Below are positions 55,797-64,000 of a stretch of DNA of 64,000 bases, piece by piece. This DNA is from Acidobacteriota bacterium (GTDB taxonomy: Bacteria; Acidobacteriota; Blastocatellia; Pyrinomonadales; Pyrinomonadaceae). The notes below the pieces were generated by a model, which ran no database searches, was not told where the DNA came from, and saw nothing but the letters and a program-made list of their open reading frames with translations. The stretch covers positions 48,405-112,404 of the forward strand of contig JAKOVX010000060.1 of assembly GCA_029781855.1 (NCBI GenBank). The letters are read 5' to 3'. Each line of letters opens with the position of its first letter. Within the stretch, counting starts at the first letter, position 1. Both the position numbers and the translations under genes were made by a program.

Positions 55797-56255
55797 TCAC
55801 GCCGGCGAGCGGACGATCAGGACCGAGCAGTGGGCGTGGTGGACGACGGCGTCTGACACGGAACCCATGAAATTGCGTTCCCAGAAACCTGAGCCGTGCG
55901 AGCCGAGCACGATCATGTCGGCTTTCCACTCGTCGGCCAATTCGACGATCACGCGGTATGCACGGCCGCTCTCGACCGAGGTGGAAACGGTGAACTTCAT
56001 GTCCGGGAATTTGGCACGGAGCAGGTCGAGGGCCTCGGTCACGGCGTCCTCTGCGATCTTGCGGGACGCATTCTCCGCCTCGATATAATATTGTGTCGTC
56101 GCCCCGAACGGATCACCCGTTACGGGCCGAAGCGTTTCATATACCGAGATCACCTTGATCTCCGTGTCCGGCGAATTTGCCACAAATCCGGCAACGTTCT
56201 CGATCGCCGCCCGGCTAAATGCCGATCCGTCTGTCGCTACTAGTATTTTCATCAT
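55797..56255 (-). CDS. Universal stress protein (UspA family)
   Basis: MKILVATDGS ... VLGSHGSG ... GSVSDAVVHHAHCSVLIV motifs. AAGGAGGA RBS before ATG 56255. Confidence 0.85.
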   Translation of the reverse strand: MMKILVATDGSAFSRAAIENVAGFVANSPDTEIKVISVYETLRPVTGDPFGATTQYYIEAENASRKIAEDAVTEALDLLRAKFPDMKFTVSTSVESGRAYRVIVELADEWKADMIVLGSHGSGFWERNFMGSVSDAVVHHAHCSVLIVRSPA

Positions 56256-56714
56256 CTTCCTCCTTATAAAAGCACGTCTGTTTAACCAATGTTGACGCAA
56301 TATCCGTGCCTTTCCGTGGAGATCCGCCGCAACCGCATTTCATTGGCAATGGGTACAAAACGATGAATTTGGACCGTGAGCGTACTCCGCACACTGCGGG
56401 AGAATACGCGATCCAGAGGTGCGAATAAACGAGTTCCCCTCCGGCATGAATTCGAGCTTCCAAGTGATTCAGAGGCCGAAGCCATCAAGAAATTGGTGTG
56501 ATCGATGAAAAAGAAGAGCCGTCGAAATCGACGGAAATACGAGCGGCTGTAAAGGGAAAACGCCCGATAAAAAGTATGCCTGGTGGCGAAGTAAAAAATC
56601 GATTGACATTTTCAAAAACAGGTCTATTTTTAGGGAATGACTCAAAACTAGAATTGGCGCGGTTGCGGCCGCGTCGGGGATCAGGAACTCCCACCATTTT
56701 CTCAGGAGGTACCT

Positions 56715-59120
56715 ATGAGAGTGAGGTTGAGTTTTACATTTCCGGCGATATTTTTGCTTTTCTTTTTCTCTACTTTTGCAGTTTATTCACAGACAACCGA
56801 GTTCAATTATCAGGGCAATCTGAAGGACGGAGCTAACGCGGCGAACGGAAATTATGATTTCGAGTTCGCGTTGTTCGATGCGTTGACGGCAGGCACGCAA
56901 TTAGGTGCGACGCTCTCGCGGCCGGGTGTGGCGGTCGCGGGCGGGACGTTCGCGGTCAAGCTCGATTTCGGCAGCCAGTTCCCGGGAGCGAACCGCTTCC
57001 TCGAGATCCACGTCCGGACAGCGGGCGGCGGTTCATTTACGGTGCTCTCGCCGCGACAGCCGGTCAGCAACTCGCCGTATTCGGTGAAAGCCCTGAACGC
57101 CGATGCCGCAACAACCGCGGGCAGCGCCCTAAACGCTACTACCGCGACCACGGCGACGACGGCGACCAACGCCACCCAACTTGGGGGCGTTGCCGCAAGC
57201 CAGTACGTGCTGACGACCGATCCGCGAATGAGCGATGCTCGGACGCCGTTGTCAGGCAGTACGAGTTATATTCAAAATACGACGAACGCTCAGGCGAACA
57301 GCAATTTCAACATCAGCGGCGTTGGCACGGTCGGCAGCCTGCTGACGGCGAACACCGTTAATTCGGACACGCAGTATCTGCTCAATAGTTACCGGATACT
57401 TGGCAACGCCGGTACGCAAAACCTCTTTGCGGGTCAGCTCGCGGGCGTGCTCAACACCGGTGCCCAAAATTCGTTTTTCGGATCGAACGCCGCCTCGGCT
57501 AACGTAGCCGGAAGTTCGAATTCGGTCTTCGGCGCGGTCGCCGGTCTGTTCAATACGAGCGGCTCGAGCAACTCGTTCTTCGGTGCCGGCGTGGGCAACA
57601 CGAATACGACGGGCAGCAATGATTCTTTGTTCGGGGCTGGAGCAGACGTCGGCTCGGCCGCATTGAACTACGCGACGGCGATCGGCTCCGGTGCTGTAGC
57701 CACCGCAAGCAACCAGATCATGCTCGGACGGGCGAACGGGTTCGACACCGTGCAGATCCCCGGAGCCCTCAATGCCGGTACGCTCAACGCCGCGACGCAA
57801 TTCAATATCAGCGGCAACCGCGTCTTGAGCATTTCCAGCAGCGATCTATTCGTCGGTATCGGGACCGGCAGTGCGAATACGACCGGGCTCGCGAACTCAT
57901 TCTTCGGCTCGGCTGCCGGTGTGTCAAACACTTCGGGCGGAGCCAACTCATTCTTTGGGAATTTGGCGGGTAACGCGAACACGACGGGCAATAACAACTC
58001 ATTTTTCGGCCGTGGAGCGGGTGCCTCGAACACTGTGGGACTCACCAATTCTTTCTTTGGCGACCTTGCAGGTAACGCAAACACGACTGGCGGGAGCAAC
58101 TCGTTCTTCGGCCAAAGCGCAGGATCGCTTAACACGACTGGCGGCAACAACTCGTTCTTTGGCCAGGCAGCAGGTTTCTCGAACGCGACCGGTAGCAACA
58201 ACGCGGCTCTCGGTTCAGGTGCCGATCTCGGCGCCGCCGGTTTGAACTACGCGACGGCGATCGGCTCCGGAGCCGTAGCCACCGCAAGCAACCAGATCAT
58301 GCTCGGGCGGGCGAACGGTTCGGATACCGTACAGGTGCCTGGCAATCTCAACGCCGCCATCGTTAATGCCGCCACCCAGTTCAACCTCGGCGGCGTCCGA
58401 GCGTTTAGTATCGAAGGAACATCAAATGTGTTTGTTGGTGGCGACACGGGAACGGCTCTAGGTGGTGGACATGGCAACACGTTCGTGGGCACATCTGCCG
58501 GCAACACGAATAACGGAGGCATTTCAAATTCATTCGTCGGCGTAGGTGCCGGTGGCGTTAACAGTATCGGTTCCTGGAATACATTCTTCGGGGCACAGGC
58601 CGGTGTATCAAATACAACAGGCAGCAACAATACCGCTCTCGGTGAATTTTCGGGGCCCGCAACCGGCAATCTTTCAAATACGACCGCTGTTGGTGCTGGT
58701 GCCAGCGTGACGACGAGCAATTCGGTGGTGCTCGGCAATAACGCCAATGTCGGGATCGGCACGACCGCACCGGCGTTCAAGCTGCAGGTCGTCGATGCGT
58801 CGAATACGGGATTGCGGGTGCAGACGAACACGGCGGGCGGGACGGTCGGATCGTTCGGGGCGAACGGGGCGTTCAATGTTGACGCGTCCGGCGTCGCGGG
58901 CGGCAGGTTCACGGTGCTCGAGAACGGCAACACGGGCATCGGCACCAATGCACCGACGAATGCGAAATTGCAGGTCAACGGCCGGATCCGCGTCGTCAGC
59001 GGCGATGTTTTCATAACGAATCCGAACACGTTGATCATCACGTCGCCGAACGGTGCGTGCTGGGGCATCACTGTCAATAATTCGGGTGCGCTGTCGACAT
59101 TTTCGACCGCTTGTCCGTAA
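56715..59120 (+). CDS. Secreted repeat protein: tail-fibre-like N-terminal module plus long NSFFG/NTTG (YadA-head-like) repeat region
   Basis: Signal peptide and AGGAGG RBS. The N-terminal approx. 100 aa are homologous to the next gene. There are more than 15 repeats of the type [GS]xNSFFGxxAGxxNTTG. Confidence 0.7.
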   Translation: MRVRLSFTFPAIFLLFFFSTFAVYSQTTEFNYQGNLKDGANAANGNYDFEFALFDALTAGTQLGATLSRPGVAVAGGTFAVKLDFGSQFPGANRFLEIHVRTAGGGSFTVLSPRQPVSNSPYSVKALNADAATTAGSALNATTATTATTATNATQLGGVAASQYVLTTDPRMSDARTPLSGSTSYIQNTTNAQANSNFNISGVGTVGSLLTANTVNSDTQYLLNSYRILGNAGTQNLFAGQLAGVLNTGAQNSFFGSNAASANVAGSSNSVFGAVAGLFNTSGSSNSFFGAGVGNTNTTGSNDSLFGAGADVGSAALNYATAIGSGAVATASNQIMLGRANGFDTVQIPGALNAGTLNAATQFNISGNRVLSISSSDLFVGIGTGSANTTGLANSFFGSAAGVSNTSGGANSFFGNLAGNANTTGNNNSFFGRGAGASNTVGLTNSFFGDLAGNANTTGGSNSFFGQSAGSLNTTGGNNSFFGQAAGFSNATGSNNAALGSGADLGAAGLNYATAIGSGAVATASNQIMLGRANGSDTVQVPGNLNAAIVNAATQFNLGGVRAFSIEGTSNVFVGGDTGTALGGGHGNTFVGTSAGNTNNGGISNSFVGVGAGGVNSIGSWNTFFGAQAGVSNTTGSNNTALGEFSGPATGNLSNTTAVGAGASVTTSNSVVLGNNANVGIGTTAPAFKLQVVDASNTGLRVQTNTAGGTVGSFGANGAFNVDASGVAGGRFTVLENGNTGIGTNAPTNAKLQVNGRIRVVSGDVFITNPNTLIITSPNGACWGITVNNSGALSTFSTACP

Positions 59121-59147
59121 GGGTGGCCGCCAAAAAGGAGAATTGAT

Positions 59148-60785
59148 ATGAAAAAGCAAGGAAGTTTGTTTTTGTTCCTGATCCTGATCTTGGCCGGAAT
59201 GCTGCCCGCTCTCGGCCAAACAACCGTCTATACTTACACCGGCAATCTGGTCGAAAGCGGCAACTCTGCCAACGGCAGCTACGACATGCAATTCAGCCTA
59301 TACGACGCGCTGTCGGGCGGGACCCAGGTTGGCTCGACCATCTCGAAGGCCGGTGTGAACGTCTCAGCTGGAGTTTTTTCGGTGCCGCTCGATTTCGGAG
59401 CGGCTTCCTTTCCGGGCGCAGCACGGTTTCTCGAGGTGGCGGTCCGCCATGCGGGCGGAAACACCTACACCACGTTGTCGCCCAGGTCACAGATCACAAC
59501 GGCACCGTATTCGATCCGGGCACTGACTGTCACCGGCCCGGTCACCGGATCGGACCCGATGGCAACTTTGTCGGTGTCGAACGCTATTCCCGGCATCACG
59601 AATCCGTCGCCGATCAATCTCCCGCCTGCGGCATTGCGAGCGGAGGCGACCTCGACCAGCGACTCGAACACAGGTTTGATCGGCATCGCCGACGGAACGA
59701 CCGGCATCGGCGTCATAGGGATCTCGAACGGTATCGCACCGGTCGGCGGCGGAGCAAACGCGGCCGGGGTCATCGGTATCGCTTCGGCGACTAGCGGCAA
59801 ATCGTTCGGCGTTTCCGGCCAGGTCGGCAGCCCTGATGGCATCGCGGTCCACGCGGACGGGTCGAACAGCGCAAAGCTTTTTGTCGGCTCGAATGACCAG
59901 ACGGGGGATGTTTTCACAGTTACCAACCTAGGCACCGTGTTCGGCCGAGCGTTCTATAACCAGGACCAGTCGTTCGGTGCGAACCAGAATGGCGCTTTTC
60001 GTGCAAAATCGATAAATATCGGCCCGCCGGCCGGAAACGCCGACACCTTCGTCGTGCAGGCAGACGGGACGGTGAATTCGGGCAGCCTGTTCGCCACCGG
60101 CAATTTGGGTGCAACGGGCACCGTCAGCGGCCTGGACATGTCGCTCACAGGAACGGCGACCGTGTTCCAACTGAACTCACAGGGGGTCAGCGTCACGGGG
60201 CCGATCAGTGCCACCGGCAACACACAGACGGGCTCGCTCTCGGTAACAAACAATTCCTCGTTCGGCGGCCCGATCACTGCCTCGGGCAACATCCAGGCGG
60301 CGACATTGAGCGTTCAGGGCACATCGACGTTTCACGATATCGTGACCAACTTCAACGCGCAGGTGCACGACCTGAACATCGTTACACTGCAGGGCGGCGG
60401 CTCACTCAGCATTTGCATGAATGGCACCGCGGTCGCGCAGTGCAGTTCGAGCCTGAGGTACAAGACCAATGTCGGGTCATTCAACGCCGGACTCGGGCTG
60501 GTACGGCAGCTTCGGCCGATCTCTTTCGACTGGAAACAGAGCGGAATGCATGACCTGGGCCTCGGCGCAGAGGACGTCGCAAAGGTCGAACCTTTGCTGG
60601 TGACTTATAACAAGGACGGCCAGGTCGAGGGCGTCAAGTACGACCGGATCGCCGTTGTGCTCGTCAACGCCGTCAAAGAACAGCAGGCGCAGATCGAGAA
60701 GCAACAGGCAATCATTACCAAAGAGGCGACATTGATCGAGCAACTCGAACAGAGGCTCGAAAAGCTTGAAAACAGACGTCATTGA
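59148..60785 (+). CDS. Tail-fibre domain protein with a C-terminal S74-type intramolecular chaperone domain
   Basis: Signal peptide and AAGGAG RBS. It shares the N-terminal module with the previous gene. C-terminal SSLRYKTNV...ISFDWK...LGLGAEDVAKVEPLLV...VKYDRI plus a coiled coil matches the Peptidase_S74 auto-cleaving chaperone pattern. Confidence 0.75.
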   Translation: MKKQGSLFLFLILILAGMLPALGQTTVYTYTGNLVESGNSANGSYDMQFSLYDALSGGTQVGSTISKAGVNVSAGVFSVPLDFGAASFPGAARFLEVAVRHAGGNTYTTLSPRSQITTAPYSIRALTVTGPVTGSDPMATLSVSNAIPGITNPSPINLPPAALRAEATSTSDSNTGLIGIADGTTGIGVIGISNGIAPVGGGANAAGVIGIASATSGKSFGVSGQVGSPDGIAVHADGSNSAKLFVGSNDQTGDVFTVTNLGTVFGRAFYNQDQSFGANQNGAFRAKSINIGPPAGNADTFVVQADGTVNSGSLFATGNLGATGTVSGLDMSLTGTATVFQLNSQGVSVTGPISATGNTQTGSLSVTNNSSFGGPITASGNIQAATLSVQGTSTFHDIVTNFNAQVHDLNIVTLQGGGSLSICMNGTAVAQCSSSLRYKTNVGSFNAGLGLVRQLRPISFDWKQSGMHDLGLGAEDVAKVEPLLVTYNKDGQVEGVKYDRIAVVLVNAVKEQQAQIEKQQAIITKEATLIEQLEQRLEKLENRRH

Positions 60786-60947
60786 GGAAGTTCGCAAGGG
60801 GTGGCCGAGGCCGACGGTTTGAAAGGGTTGGTCGCGACGTCGAACGACGGAGATCGGTAATTGAAATTTGTTCTTTCATTTTTTTGATATTTGGTACATA
60901 TTGTGTCTATCCAAGGAGACTTTTGGGACGCACGCACGGAGGTTCGC

Positions 60948-62051
60948 ATGATACGAGAGGCATTTCGAATATTGTCGGCAGCGGCTGTCGTTGTTGTTGC
61001 TTTTGGTGGGGCAGCGGCCCAGTCAGGCGGTACGTTTACGATCACTAAATCGGTGATCGCGGGCGGCGGCGGGCGGACTACGGGCGGGACATACACGGTC
61101 GATTCGACGATCGGCGAATCGGTCGCCGGGACGACGTCGAATGGTGGCACGTTCAGCCTGACGAGCGGCTTCTGGGGAGGCGGAACGACAACGAACGCGG
61201 TCCGTAGAACCTTCCTCGATTTCGACGGCGACGGCAAGACGGACCTGTCGATCTTCCGGCCGAACGGAGCGACTGGTTCGGAGTGGTGGTATCTGAAGTC
61301 TTCGAACGGCGGGAATTTTGCGACTCAGTTCGGGTCGCCGACTGATAAGCTTGTGGCGGCCGATTATACCGGTGACGGAAAGGCGGACATCGCTTTCTGG
61401 CGGCCGTCGACCGGCGAATGGTTCATTCTGCGAAGCGAGGACTCGTCGTTCTATGCGTTCCCGTTCGGCGGGAGCGGCGACATTCCGGCTCCGGCCGACT
61501 TTGACGGCGACGGCAAGGCGGATGCTGCCGTTTTCCGGCCTTCGACGGCAACCTGGTTCATCCAGAACTCGGGCGGCGGGACGACCATACAGGCGTTCGG
61601 AGCGGCGGGTGACGTTCCGGTCGTGGGAGACTACGACGGCGATGGTAAGGCCGACATTGCGATCTTCCGTCCGAACGGTGCGACCGGTTCCGAATGGTGG
61701 ATCCTCAGAAGCACTGCCGGTCTGATCGCGACGCAGTTCGGGACACCGACCGACAAGACGGTTCCCGGTGACTACACGGGCGACGGCAAGACTGACATCG
61801 CGATCTGGCGGCCTTCTAACGGGCAGTGGTACATCCTCAGGAGCGAAGACCTCTCGTTCTACGCGTTCCCGTTCGGAGCGAATGGCGACATTCCTGTTCC
61901 CGGCGACTACGACGGTGACGGCAAGGCAGACGCCGCGGTCTTCCGCCCGTCAAGCTCGACCTGGTTCGCCCAGGGATCGACCTCCGGCACCATCATCCAG
62001 CAATTCGGTGCCGCCGGAGACGTGCCCGTGCCGAGTGAGTTTGTGCGATAG
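60948..62051 (+). CDS. Secreted FG-GAP/VCBS repeat protein (C-terminal 277 aa nearly identical to the end of 47883-51008)
   Basis: GGAGG RBS and signal peptide, then a Gly/Thr-rich approx. 60-aa region followed by the FG-GAP module. Start trimmed to MIREAF. Confidence 0.75.
   Translation: MIREAFRILSAAAVVVVAFGGAAAQSGGTFTITKSVIAGGGGRTTGGTYTVDSTIGESVAGTTSNGGTFSLTSGFWGGGTTTNAVRRTFLDFDGDGKTDLSIFRPNGATGSEWWYLKSSNGGNFATQFGSPTDKLVAADYTGDGKADIAFWRPSTGEWFILRSEDSSFYAFPFGGSGDIPAPADFDGDGKADAAVFRPSTATWFIQNSGGGTTIQAFGAAGDVPVVGDYDGDGKADIAIFRPNGATGSEWWILRSTAGLIATQFGTPTDKTVPGDYTGDGKTDIAIWRPSNGQWYILRSEDLSFYAFPFGANGDIPVPGDYDGDGKADAAVFRPSSSTWFAQGSTSGTIIQQFGAAGDVPVPSEFVR
61218..62051 (+). repeat. 834-bp direct repeat, copy 2 (FG-GAP module)
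   Basis: See copy 1 at 50175-51008. Similarity begins at the first DFDGDGK codon and ends at the stop codon. Confidence 0.85.
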
Positions 62052-62507
62052 AAGCGACTCTTAGCGGTTAACCGAAGTTCCAAGAAAAGTGGTTACTGAT
62101 GGCGAAATTTTGCTGTCCGACGATCTGAGATCTGAATTATGTGTTCGCCATTGATCAACCTAAGGCTTCCCTATATATGACCCAGCGGAGATCCTTCGAA
62201 AGGTTCGTACCGATTCCCGGTCCGATTAATGAAGCACGGTCAACGGTAGTTGCTGTCGAATTCGAGTTGGCCTCTTCAAGATCGGGCTATTGCTTCAGCA
62301 TTAATTTGTTGAAATCGAGAGGCCTTTCGATTCGCAAAAATAGTATATTGCCCTAAAACACCGATGATCCGGACTATCCGGAACCGCCGTCTCCAGCAAC
62401 CGAATTCGACAAATTAGCCAGTACTTCGTTCCGCGTGATCTACGAAAATATCACGACGTCCGCTCAACGGCCGTCCTGCGAATCGATACAATTTCCGGAG
62501 CTTTTGA

Positions 62508-64000
62508 TCACTCGAATCTGAGCAGGACAGCATCAAAGGAATTTGCCTGTCGGATACAGGCCGATCGGGTTCCGTCAGACGACCAGGAGCAAGCGAATAC
62601 TTTTTCGTCCTTGAAATCGGTGACTTGTCGCGGTGCCGTTCCGTCGAACCGGGCCATCCAAACATTTTGTGAGCCGTCTTTGCCGGAGTTGTAATAGAGA
62701 GACTTGCCGTCGCGCGACCACCTCATCCAGGTTTCAGGCTTGAAAGCCAAGGCTGTATCCGCTGTCGCCGCTCCGGCGATCGGGCGGACCCAAGTGTGCT
62801 CGGTACCGCTCGACCGGTCGAGCGTCAAAAAGGCTATCCGAGACGCGTCGGGCGATAGGTCCCATACCTGAGTCGGAGGGTCGATAACAAGCTCTGCTTC
62901 CCCGCCGCCGGCAGATACCCGGCGAACCCGGCTAACTCCGGCCTCTGAGGTGCCAAAATAAACCCATCGGCCGTCGTTTGAGAAACGCGGGTTGAAGATC
63001 CCGTTTGGAAACTCGGTGAGCTGCCTGAGATCCGAGCCGTCGGCGTTCATTCGCCACAGCTGCCGCTTTCCGCTTCGCCGCGAAACGAAAACGATGGTAG
63101 TTCCGTCCGGCGAGACGGACGGCTGCGTATTATCGTCGCTGCCGTAGGTTAGCTGGACGCGATCGCTGCCGTCGGGCCTCATTCGCCAAATATTGTAGTT
63201 GTCATAACTGCTGTTTTCGTCCTGGTCGAAAACGATATAGTCATTCCCGATCCAAGAGACAGATTCGTAATGAGTTTCGTTACCGAATGTAAGCTGCGTC
63301 GGAGTACTTGCCTTACCATCGGTGATCTCCCAGATCTGCCGATTCGAATTTGTTTGGGGAAGGACCATCATACGGGCATCGGCCGTCATGCTGAAGCCGA
63401 CATAGCTATTCAGGTCGTTGGTGATACGACGCCTTGCACCGTCCGGATATGAAACCGAGTAGATCTGCGGCTGGCGGGTCCCCTCATCCACCGCGTTCAC
63501 GATAAGTCCGCTCTTGTCGGGCAGCCATTTGGCGCCGAAAACAGGCGTGTCCGAAACGTCGCCAAGGATCCGTTCTGTCCCTCCGGCTGCCGGGATCTCA
63601 GCGAGGTACCACTGATCGTGATCATTTCCGTGCCGCCGGAAGGCATACATCAGGCTTCCACCGTCCGGGGACCAATCAAGTGAATAGTATCCGGAATCAC
63701 CGTCGCACGAGATGATCTCACGTTCGTTGGAGCCGTCTGCATCTGCGACAACGATCGAAGCCACGCCTTTTTCGCGGTCGATACGGACAAAGGCAAGTCG
63801 ACGGCCATCAGGCGAGATCGCCAGTCCTCCGTTTGCATGTGTTACGAGTGGACGCGGCGTGCCGCCCAGGAGCGGGATCCGGTAGATCTTACCAAAATCA
63901 GAACCGCCTTCCCGGGCGATGTAATACAGGAAAGAACTATCGTGCGAAAAGGCAAAGGCCCAGTAAACGACATCACGGCTCGGCGGCCTAAGATCGACCA
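62508..64000 (-). CDS. PD40/TolB-like beta-propeller repeat protein, 5' end outside the window
   Basis: Repeated SPDG/WS.DG...F motifs. I translated upstream of the ORF-track start (63764) by hand and the frame stays open to the window edge (…ISPDGRRLAFVRIDREKG…), so the gene is partial. Confidence 0.8.
   Translation of the reverse strand, partial: VDLRPPSRDVVYWAFAFSHDSSFLYYIAREGGSDFGKIYRIPLLGGTPRPLVTHANGGLAISPDGRRLAFVRIDREKGVASIVVADADGSNEREIISCDGDSGYYSLDWSPDGGSLMYAFRRHGNDHDQWYLAEIPAAGGTERILGDVSDTPVFGAKWLPDKSGLIVNAVDEGTRQPQIYSVSYPDGARRRITNDLNSYVGFSMTADARMMVLPQTNSNRQIWEITDGKASTPTQLTFGNETHYESVSWIGNDYIVFDQDENSSYDNYNIWRMRPDGSDRVQLTYGSDDNTQPSVSPDGTTIVFVSRRSGKRQLWRMNADGSDLRQLTEFPNGIFNPRFSNDGRWVYFGTSEAGVSRVRRVSAGGGEAELVIDPPTQVWDLSPDASRIAFLTLDRSSGTEHTWVRPIAGAATADTALAFKPETWMRWSRDGKSLYYNSGKDGSQNVWMARFDGTAPRQVTDFKDEKVFACSWSSDGTRSACIRQANSFDAVLLRFE

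Noticed and set aside
58247-59077. 276-aa minus-strand ORF, plus other antisense ORFs inside the repeat-protein genes (57668-58201, 59465-59935, 50163-50783)
   Set aside because: These are shadow frames of Gly/Asn/Thr-rich repeat genes. They have no independent support.
56715-62051. Prophage or contractile-injection remnant, suggested by the tail-fibre/S74 domain
   Set aside because: There are no capsid, portal, terminase, sheath, tube, baseplate or integrase genes in about 10 kb on either side. All three genes have signal peptides.

Overview
64-kb chromosomal segment, probably from an Acidobacteria-type genome. That assignment is inference only, based on a TIGR03436-style VWFA protein, a CarboxypepD_reg-fronted TonB receptor and many secreted repeat proteins. 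I call about 57 CDS and recognised no rRNA, tRNA, CRISPR array, transposase or integrase. The left end (1-5.4 kb) is a type VI secretion cargo island: DUF4347-like ORF, VgrG, DUF4123 adaptor, split PAAR protein, unknown ORF, small putative RNase-type toxin and putative immunity gene. It abuts housekeeping fumC. The rest is mostly core metabolism: fumC, a methionine gamma-lyase-like enzyme, a persulfide dioxygenase/rhodanese pair, lpdA, serA, a 2-oxoacid dehydrogenase E2, nadE, ctaA, tlyA, glpK, ino1, a GH57 branching enzyme plus DUF4912, and a GT9 heptosyltransferase. Mixed in are two toxin-antitoxin modules (Doc/AbrB-type and PIN), a low-GC patch with two orphan ORFs, and a cluster of large secreted repeat proteins (delta-60/FG-GAP, tail-fibre-like with an S74 chaperone domain). 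There is also a TonB-dependent receptor with a Fur-like operator. The most unusual signals are non-coding: (1) a 56-nt double-hairpin element inserted twice, in frame, inside the GH57 gene, with compensatory changes in one stem; (2) two tandem ~115-nt elements downstream of a methyltransferase gene that share a scaffold but each carry their own co-varying 8-nt word used 4-5 times in alternating orientation; (3) families of heptamer tandem tracts and long CTTTGCG/CGCAAAG hairpins filling intergenic spacers; (4) an 834-bp direct repeat that duplicates a complete FG-GAP module and brackets about 10 kb. All family assignments come from motif recognition by eye, not database searches.
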